From the NCBI RefSeq assembly GCF_006345805.1, contig NC_043000.1, positions 90,706,001 to 90,770,000 of the forward strand: a DNA stretch of 64,000 nt. Direction: 5' to 3'. The stretch comes from Octopus sinensis. Taxonomy: Eukaryota. Made by a program: the position numbers and the translations under genes. The stretch's first letter is position 1, and each line of letters starts with the position of its first letter. Positions 54,328 to 64,000 of the stretch are shown one piece after another. Below the pieces are notes generated by a model, which saw nothing but the letters and a program-made list of their open reading frames with translations, ran no database searches and had not been told where the DNA came from.

Positions 54328-54845
54328 TATATAGCAATATATATTATATATATATATATATTATATATATATATATATGTATAATATTATAATATATATA
54401 TATATATATAATATATAATATATATATATATAATATATACATATACATACTATACACATACATGATATATATATATATATATATATAGGTATATATACTA
54501 TACATCCGTATACATATACCTACTATTATGTATATATATATATATATATATAATATATTATATATATATATATAATATAAACGTACATATATATACATAC
54601 ATATATGTAACACACTCACACATACACGCATACACACACACGCACACATACACATATATATAATTGCTCGATGCAGCGTCGGATAAAATATTCGCATGCA
54701 CAATGATATGTAACACATTCGTGTGTACACGGATGTATGAAGACCTTTAACTGTGGAAATAGTCACGGGAGAATTTTCTCATCCGTGACAACATGTGTGA
54801 AAACACATCTGACTGTAGGAGGAGACATGCATCTCTACTTGTTAC

Positions 54846-54959
54846 CCGTCATCAGCTACAAATGTTGAACCTGTTCTTCGCAGCATTATCCGAACGATAT
54901 TTGCGATGTATGAGAAGAGGAACCAGACAATCTGTTGGTGTGCGTAAAGCTTGGTTAAG
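54846..54959 (-). other. Candidate 114-nt exon
   Basis: Acceptor tttttttcttttttattccAG, donor GG|GTAACA; open frame LTKLYAHQQIVWFLFSYIANIVRIMLRRTGSTFVADD; no homology recognised. Confidence 0.25.
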
Positions 54960-55007
54960 CTGGAATAAAAAAGAAAAAAATTGAATCGTACGAAGCATAC
55001 GTATTCT

Positions 55008-55438
55008 TTTATTCTTCTTGTTTCAGTCATTTGACTCGGCCGTGCTGGAGCACAGCTTTTAATCGAACAATTCGACTCCAAGTCTTATTCTTTGTATGCC
55101 TAGTCCATATTCTATCGTTCTTTTGCCGAATCGCTAAGTTACGGGGACGTGAACACACAAACATCGGTTGTCAACATCAGTAGGAGCACAAACACAGACA
55201 CATAAATGCATGTGTATATGTATGTATGTATGTATATATATAGAGAGATAGATAGATAGATAGATAGATAGATATACCACGGGTGGGCTTCTTTCAGTTT
55301 CCGTCTAATCCACTCACAAAGCTCTAGTTGATCCGAAGCTATAGTAAAAACATTTGCCCATGGTGCCGCGCAGTGGGATTGAAACCGGAATCATGTCGTT
55401 GGGAAGCAAGCTTCTTATCACACAGCCAATCCTACGCC
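55008..55438 (-). mobile_element. SINE AC
   Basis: Alignment to other copies. Confidence 0.85.
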
Positions 55439-56639
55439 TGAAAGTACAATGATATTTAACAGTATCATTCTGTTACGTGTGTGGAGGACGAATTTCAGTA
55501 CCCGGGCTGATGAGGCGAAACAACGCAGAAACGAATATGTCCTGCAATTAGATGACGTCATGCTTAGCATCATGCATTTTTCCCCAGGTCAAATTTCTGA
55601 TGTTATAAAAAAAAATTGAAACTAAATCTTCTACTTCCTTCAGATATACATATATGTAAGTGTTTGTGTGAGTATGTGTGTGCATGCAGGTGCATAAATG
55701 CACACACGCATATGCTTATATATATATGTATATATATATATGCGTGTGTATGTGTGTGTGTGTGTGTATGCGTGTTCACGACACTCTTTGCCCTTGAGTC
55801 ACTTTGTGATTGCTCTCCAATAAAAAATAATATACAAATGTACAGATCTATGATACACACAATACATACACATGCATATACATACATGTCAATATATATA
55901 TATATATATATACATACACACAAAATATATGTATGTAGACATACATATACACTGGCGCAGATGCGTACATACACACGTACATATATGTTCATACATGCTT
56001 ACAGTGAGAGAGAAAGACATGGCCTATGACGTAATAATTATCACGTAAGATAATTTAGCACACTTTTAACAAACTTTCCAGTCACGAATTCATTGTTATT
56101 TAGATTTCATGGTTAAAGAGAAACAAAGAGAAGGACAAAGGAGAAACTCATATAAACATAAGTAAATGCGCTCATTCGTACAGACGCCTACATGTTAATT
56201 TACATGTGCGCGTGTTTATATACGTACATACATACGTACATATATATAAACTCACGTACCAGATACACGTGTGTATATAAACGTTCAAACAAGTCTGCGT
56301 GTATTCGAACTTATACATGTATTTATATAAGTATATATGGTTATATATATATATATATAAATATACATATATAGAGAGAGAGAGGGCGAGAGAGACCTTA
56401 CGTACATCCATATATATATATATATATATTATATATATTATATATATATAATATATATATAAAAGAATCGGACAGCCATGAAACGATCGTAGTGTTTTAC
56501 TCATTATCCTTTATTAAACTTTTAATACTTTTGATATATTTTAAAATAATATAAATTAATTAATTTTATGTATTGGCTTAAGTTTTTCATTGTTGATTTG
56601 CCTAATAGTGGTTTTATCTCTAATTTAATATAATATAAT

Positions 56640-56845
56640 CTCTTGAGCACCACCAGCAAAAATATTTTTTTCCTCTGTCTTCCCTTCTTGGGATCTTTCC
56701 TTCTCCTTGTTTCCGACGAAGAGCTCCGTCGAAACGTTAAACCCTCCTTCTCTTCTTTCCTGAGCGTCAAATAATACTTTAACTGTTCCACGTCCTCGCG
56801 TTGCTGTGTTTTTTTTCTGTGTTTTCTTGTTTGGATTAACTATAT
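56640..56845 (+). mobile_element. Family-F pLTR-like repeat with hammerhead-like motif (56709-56742)
   Basis: gttt-CCGACGA-A-gagctccgtc-GAAA-CG-TT-aaac; ends in (TA)n. Confidence 0.6.
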
Positions 56846-56870
56846 ATGTATATATATGGATGTATATATA

Positions 56871-56904
<34 letters not shown>

Positions 56905-56910
<6 letters not shown>

Positions 56911-57790
56911 AGGTAGGAATTGATATTAATCAATTAAAACCAGTGTTTTAGCATATTTAAAAAATCCGAAGATAAAAAATTATGTTACATACATAATTAA
57001 GAGGAATGGCCACTAAAGTGGACACCTAATATGCTAAACATAGACGTCAAATCGCCGTTACCAAGAAGAATAAGTTCTCAAGGAAAATCTAAAAAACACA
57101 CCAAAATGTAAAAATTAGCAAGACAAATGTAAATATACGAAATAAGAAAACGATCACCCACGTACCGGTGGTTTCACTTGTTAATATCTACGTATGCAAA
57201 CACGCAGATATCTGCAAGATCGTCAGCGTAGTCTGTCGCTTACAAAACATAATTTCCAGAACTTGATACAGAACGCTCAACCGAAATCGAGCAAGTATTA
57301 TGTTCTATAATTTATATTTGGGTGTATTTTTCAAATGTCTTCACTTTGGTGCGCAGAGGCCGGAAATTACTCTGCAGTTAATTAAGTTAATAAAATTCAG
57401 CAGCAAATTCACCAGTTAAAATTAAATAATAAGGGTAGGAATTGATATTTATCAATTAAAACCAGTGTCTTAGCATATTTATAAAATCCGAAGATTTTAT
57501 AAAATTAAGAGGAATGACCAATAAGGTGGACACCTAATATGCTAAACATAGACGTCAAATCGCCATTACCACGAAGAATGTCTGGGGAGAGTCATTTTCT
57601 TTTTGTGCCTTATAATTTAACACACTCACCGGTTAAAATTTCCACTTTTTTCTTATTTTTATTTTCCAAAAATTTTCGTTTCGTCTTGCAACCTTTTCAA
57701 TAAAGTATCTTGCAAACCAAATCCAAAATCGAAGCACGGAAAATGTGTTCTCAGGAAAAATCTCAGCAAAACGCCAAAATATAAATATAT
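56905..57790. repeat. Two direct copies of a ~200-bp unit (56905-57115; 57426-57790, the second with a ~165-bp insert)
   Basis: ataataagg.taggaattgatatt...gacgtcaaatcgcc.ttacca.gaagaat shared. Confidence 0.8.
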
Positions 57791-58240
57791 ATATATATAG
57801 ACATCTCAAAAGTAACAGTCATTTTCAATTGAAAGCCCTTTTTCTCTTTGCTTGTTTGGATATTTTTTCTGGTCTAAGAAGAGATTTCCTATTTATTGCT
57901 CTGCCATTGTAGCCATGTTGATGGAAATAGCTCGCAGAAATATGCCGATGCCTTTGGATTTACTCTTCAAAATCAACTGACTTACAACAAGGATTATTTC
58001 CGACGGGGATCTTTTTTCTCTCTACTTGACAGCACAAAGACACCTATCAGAGTGTCCAGCTCTACCGAAGTTGGACGCTGTAGATTTCTTTCGTTTACTA
58101 GTGAATTGTACAAACATTTTGTTGACTGCTGCATCAGGAATACCATGATCTCCCTCTCTTTCTTTCTCTCTCTCTCTACTCTCTCTCTCTCTCTCTGTAT
58201 ATATAGGTATGTAAAGGATAAAATTAAATTATTATTATGA

Positions 58241-58299
<59 letters not shown>

Positions 58300-58310
58300 T
58301 AATAATAATA

Positions 58311-58351
<41 letters not shown>

Positions 58352-58580
58352 TTAATGATAATATCAGTAGCCAGCGTGCGATTAAAAAAACTTAGAGGTA
58401 GAACATTAATAAAGGTTTATAATCATGTATAAATTATATAATCATAATAAAAGTACTTGTTTAAAGTCTTTTTGACTTCTATTTCTAGCATATCGGTACC
58501 CTTCATTATTATTATATTTATATATAATCATAAATGTGTGTGCGCGCATATATTATATATATATATATATATTAATATAT

Positions 58581-58645
<65 letters not shown>

Positions 58646-58700
58646 CATACGTCTATCTTTATATTCCTGGCGATAGTAATAATATTCTTATTCTAGCCCT

Positions 58701-58742
<42 letters not shown>

Positions 58743-58786
58743 GTAAAGTATAGAAGCCATCTTATCATGGCTAACCACATTGGGGA

Positions 58787-58860
58787 GGGGGTGTTACTGT
58801 AGCTTTATAGCCCCAAGAGACGAAGATCTCTTGGGGCTATAAAGCTACAGTAACACCCCC
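58787..58860. repeat. Perfect 34-bp-stem hairpin (6-nt loop) built on a Helitron-like fragment
   Basis: gggggtgttactgtagctttatagccccaagaga-cgaaga-tctcttggggctataaagctacagtaacaccccc. Confidence 0.9.
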
Positions 58861-58863
58861 CCC

Positions 58864-58905
<42 letters not shown>

Positions 58906-59152
58906 ATATATATGATGCTAATAATACAGCCTGAACAGGATAAGCTACCCCTATTTTTCTGAAAAAAAGTGTTGGCAGCTGTATGTGTATGTGTGTATAA
59001 ATGAAGAGAACGATACAGGAATAAATGATTATCATATGAACTTCATTAGCTTACACATGTTTCTGCTATAAAATGTGCCTGGACTTACAGCTAAATGTCC
59101 GAGTAAAACTTTACAGCTTCATCGAGCCTCGAATAACCATGGATATATATAT

Positions 59153-59185
<33 letters not shown>

Positions 59186-59569
59186 TATGTGAAATAGAAA
59201 GATGAATAATCTTGTAGTAGATTAATCAACGTTTAACCGATACCTTCGTAGCAAAAATCACAGCAGTAATATATATATACATATATATATATATATGTAG
59301 TCCAAGTGCGTGTCGCCCCATTGTGTCCAGGATACATTTTTCATATTTCATTTTACATATATGGGGTAATGTGTGATTGTCTGTATCTCTACGTAGGTAT
59401 ATTCCATCATCGCTCTGATTTCATTGGATACGTATTTTGTGTTTCATACTTAACCACCTCACCACAAAAAACAAAAATAAACAAAACGCTAAACAAGAAA
59501 CGAACCATTCCCCCATCTTAGTAATGGAGCTACATTTCTATCACTCTTCTTAACACTCAACTCATTGTA

Positions 59570-59753
59570 TTTTCTTTTTCTTCTTCTTCTTCTTCTTCTT
59601 CTTCTTCTTCTTCTTCTTCTTCTTCTTCTTCTTCTTCTTCTTCTTCTTCTTCTTCTTCTTCTTCTTCTTCTTCTTCTTCTCGTCACCGTCCTCCTCCTCG
59701 TTCATCTTTTTCATCACCATTTTTGCCAAACTCAAGCCTCTATAAGATCTCCA

Positions 59754-59839
<86 letters not shown>

Positions 59840-59888
59840 ATATGTGTATGTGTATATATACATACATACATACATATATACATATATG

Positions 59889-59919
<31 letters not shown>

Positions 59920-59920
59920 A
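59570..59920. repeat. (CTT)n, (ATT)n and TA/TG microsatellites
   Basis: Direct reading. Confidence 0.95.
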
Positions 59921-60249
59921 TGTGTGCCCTCGAAAACATTATCGCTTTGATATCTACCACGCTCCTCATGAACTAAAATGGCGTTCATTTAATCCTCAAT
60001 ATCAATTTAACGAAACCACCAATTACATCTCAGACAAATTCATCTCATACTTCAACAAATTCCCACCGTCTTTTATACTACATCACACCATATTCACAAT
60101 TTCACACCACCATTTTTTTCTTCTTATTCTTCTCGATTTTATTACATTTCTCCTCCAGAGTGGGTTTCATCAATTTTATTCTACCACTTATCCTATTGGT
60201 CACTAGCTTATCTTATCTTATCGTATTTTGTTTTATATTTTTCTTTCAG

Positions 60250-60325
60250 ATTTTTGATTTTGTCTTTCTTTCGTTACGCTTGTCCACTCAAACTGCATGT
60301 TCCCTCTGGCTATGATTTACGACTG
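60250..60325 (+). other. Candidate 76-nt exon
   Basis: Acceptor ttttatattttctttcAG, donor CTG|GTAAGT; one open frame FLILSFFRYACPLKLHVPSGYDLRL. Confidence 0.25.
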
Positions 60326-61162
60326 GTAAGTGGACATTAATAGTATTTTTTCTCCTCTCTTTTCCCATACATACATATATATATATATATATATACATAT
60401 ATATACATCAGACACACGTATACGTCCCAAAATGCCTGCCATTGTATTACACACAGAAACACATACACGCACACACACATATATACACACACACATAGAC
60501 ACACGCACGCACACATAATTGTGTGTATACATAGAAACATACCATCACACACACATATAGAGATAGACTGATATAGATATAGTTATTCATAAAGGTTTAT
60601 CTATACATACGTATAATGTATTTATATGCATACACGCATATGCACTATCCACACACACATATTATAGATATTCGTATACGCATCTGTATATGTATGTATG
60701 TATGCATACATACATACATTCATATATATATATATATATATATAGATACACATATTTACACACACATACGCACACACACACACACACACACACGTATATC
60801 AATATATATGCATATATATGTATGTGGGGTATATATACTTGTGTATATAGAACATATATAATGAAGGTATAAAAACTTAAACGCATACATACACGATATA
60901 TATGATACATACATACCTATATATGAGTGTATATATATATGTTATATATATGATATATATATATATGTTAAATATATATGATATATATGTATGTTATATA
61001 TATATGATATATATATATGTTATATATATATATATATGATATATATATATATATATACACATGATATATATATATGTGTATATAACAGATACGTACACAC
61101 AAGCATGAATATAACTACCATACTCCTTATACTTGGATTAGCAACGTGATTGGTGGCGATGG

Positions 61163-61209
<47 letters not shown>

Positions 61210-63006
61210 TTGATGATGATGATGTTGATGTTGATGATGTTGTAATATAACAATGACGTCCAGGACTGAGGTAGAATTTTAGCTGTAGATTACCAGCCAC
61301 TACACTCTAAACACCTCACGTCTGCTGTATTGCTGCTCTCAATATCTTCATAATCGAAAAATCTCTCCAAAGAATGAAGAAATAAGGAAATACTTCTCAC
61401 CAACGCCTCACTGTTGCATTTCATCAATAAGCTGCTGATTCGATTTTCCAACCGTATCATCGTTGTAATGGTGATGATCATCGTCATCACCAACATCGAC
61501 ATCATCATCATCATCATTATCATCATCGTCTTCCCAAACACTCCCATCGTCACCGACACGACGATGACGACAGCGGCAAACACGAGCATGATGACCACCG
61601 CCCTCTCCACTACCACCACTGTCACCGTGGACGTAGTCGCCGCCATTCTCCTTCTCATCATCACTGCCATCGAAAGCATTGTCAATAGCTTCATTGTTAT
61701 CCTCCTCCTTCTCCTGCTCTTGCTTTCCCCTTCCTCCTTCTTTAATTCCTCCTGCTCGCCATCATCATTAGCCCCATCGTCATCATGATCAGATTTGTAA
61801 TTAACGTGATTGCCGCTGGTGTCATCGTCATAGTTCTAATCATTAAGGACCTGCTCATCAGTGAACCATAATTAATTCGGTAAATTTAATCGGTTTCTAT
61901 TCAGAGACTACACAACAGTATCAATTTCAAACGCCATTGTTTACTCTTTGGTTGTTCATAATATGGATATCTACCATTTTAATCTAGCTTGTGAATTTAT
62001 ATTAACCTATTATTAATAAAATATTATTATCCATGTGGATTAATAATATTATGTTCACATCATGAATATGTATAAAAAACTATTTTATTTATTTATAATT
62101 TCTTTCGTGGCTTTGTCAGAAAAACAAAACTAGCGATTATGTCCTTCTTCGGGTCTTCTGATACTCGTGGTATAATGTGAGGTACAATCTACAAAGCGTG
62201 GCTGAACCTTAGATCGCAGATCTGAGCAAGATATTTTACAACAGATTTGATTACGCCAAACTTTATCGGCTAAAGGAATCTAGGAGTCAGGTTGCATTCG
62301 TAAATAGGTAATGAATTAATCTACTACTTGTTGAACCCCCATCTAAGATTTTTAGAATAATGATATTTGGACCACAGTTCTCAGATTTTCCAGTCTAGAG
62401 TCACGAACTAATCTATCTCAATAAAAAGGATGTGTCGCTATAAGAAGTAAATTCTACGTGAATATGGCACGATTAATCAACATTGGTAAACTTATTGTGA
62501 CTGACATGGCAAACTTCAAACAGTTCGACCGAACATTCTAGAAGAATAGCTAACAGTTATAAAACGCTGGCAAATTCAACCTAAGGCCAGAGTTGTTCTT
62601 TCTCCCTCTTCACTTTTCTTATGTAACATGCTTAAGCTGAACTCGACAAAAAGTGCCTATCTTAACTTGTGGTGCTCTGTAAGTTATATGCAATAATTTA
62701 AATTCATTGCTCTTCTTCCATTATATTATTCAGCAAGTTATATACAGGAGATTTTCCATTAATTTCGTTGAGTATTGTTCCACTAATAATAAATTATTAA
62801 TAATCGATTTGTGTTAGGCGGGGATCTGGCAGAATCGTTAGGAAGCTGAAGAAAATGTTTACAGAAACATAAAGAAACAAACACTATCGTCAAGCGGTGG
62901 TAGGAGACAGACACAAAGACGCGCGTACATTCATGACTGCATTTATCTATTTATATGCATGCATAGACACATAGAAAGACACTCATACGCGCACACAGAG
63001 ATATAT

Positions 63007-63059
<53 letters not shown>

Positions 63060-63119
63060 AAATTCTATAGCGCTTGGTCGAGTACGTATGTCAATTGTCA
63101 GTGCTCCCAAAATTTAAAA

Positions 63120-63210
63120 TTGAAACACACAACGCCCGGTCGGGGAATCGAAACCGCGATCCCCCGACCGCGAGTCCGTTGCCCTAACCACTGAGCCATT
63201 GCGCCTCCAC
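63120..63210 (-). mobile_element. tRNA-like SINE D head (not a tRNA gene)
   Basis: gtggaggcgcaatggctcagtggttagggc...ggtttcgattccccgaccgggcgttgtg has A and B boxes but no acceptor-stem closure; same head as 31938. Confidence 0.7.
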
Positions 63211-63699
63211 TTTTTGATAATAATACAAAACCAAGTATTCTGAAGTTTATACGCAATCGAACTAACTCGATAGATATTTATCTTATGGACACTGGAATTA
63301 TTAAATTTGAATTCGATTTCAGCAGGCGTTGACCTAAGGGAATATAAAAAGAGACATCCCTTAAATACTCTGAGGCATAGCCCCATCATCTGCCTACTCT
63401 ACAATCAATGAGCCCCTATTAACAAGTCGGTTAATGTTCACTTCTATTGTTTTCTAATACAAGTAAAACCTATTAGTTGATGTTGGTGCTATAATATACT
63501 TGATACTGCGTACCAAGAAATTTTTATTAATTGATATCACACAATGTCATTAGAACAATATTTTGTAAATAACTAATTCGTGTCTGAGAAGGAAAGTGGT
63601 ACAACTCTGAAATTTTAACCAATTTCCAGTCAATTCAGTATGAAATATAATATTTGATCCCAGACCGAAACAAGTGTTTATTTTAAAGTCCCCTGATAT

Positions 63700-64000
63700 A
63701 TCAAAAACAAATTTGAAATCAGAACGTAAATAGGTCGTAATTAATTGCTGCAAAGTATTTTGCCCGTCGTTCTGACGATTACCTATTCGAGCAACTTTAT
63801 GTTAACAGATTGAAATTTCTATTTTAGGCTCAAGGTTTGCAGTATTGAGACAAGAAGTTTAATCGATCATGCCGATCCCAGTACTTAACTGGTACAGTAT
63901 TAGGTTACGTCTTTACATCTTTACATCTTTTACTTGTTTCAGTCATTTGACTGCGCCCATGCTGGAGCACCGCCTTCAGTCGAGCAAATCGAACCCAGGA
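63700..64000 (-). mobile_element. Diverged SINE B (~63700-63900) and SINE AC tail/body (63925-64000)
   Basis: Alignment to other copies. Confidence 0.7.

Noticed and set aside
57896-58140. High-complexity ORF-like stretch
   Set aside because: No recognisable domain or splice pair; possibly a decayed LINE.
63120-63210. tRNA gene
   Set aside because: A/B boxes are present but there is no closed acceptor stem or clean anticodon arm; related heads at 24022 and 31938 continue into SINE bodies.

Overview
AT-rich, microsatellite-dense eukaryotic DNA, most likely intergenic or intronic sequence from an octopus (coleoid cephalopod). The taxon is inferred from recognising its tRNA-derived SINE families; no database search was run. 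No intact protein-coding gene is recognisable. Nearly all ORFs in the supplied track are translations of (CA)n, (TA)n, (TATG)n, (TAA)n, (CAT)n or (CTT)n repeats. Identifiable content is transposon debris: about 30 SINE copies from several families; a 2.05-kb ORF1-only L1/Tx1-type element with a 14-bp TSD inside a SINE; an RTE 3' fragment with three C2H2 fingers and a ~108-bp flanking direct repeat; a Penelope GIY-YIG fragment with a 5' inversion; a Dong/R4 RLE fragment between (TAA)n tracts; an RTE-X-like 3' end; two mariner remnants; a Tc1/mariner MITE; a Chapaev-like transposase remnant; and two Helitron-like ends. The most notable layer is about ten minimal type-I hammerhead-ribozyme-like motifs. 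They lie in several unrelated short repeats anchored on (TA)n, probably Penelope pseudo-LTRs. They include U3-A8 compensated cores and a ~420-bp palindrome carrying two head-to-head motifs. Coordinates were read by eye and may be off by a few bases.
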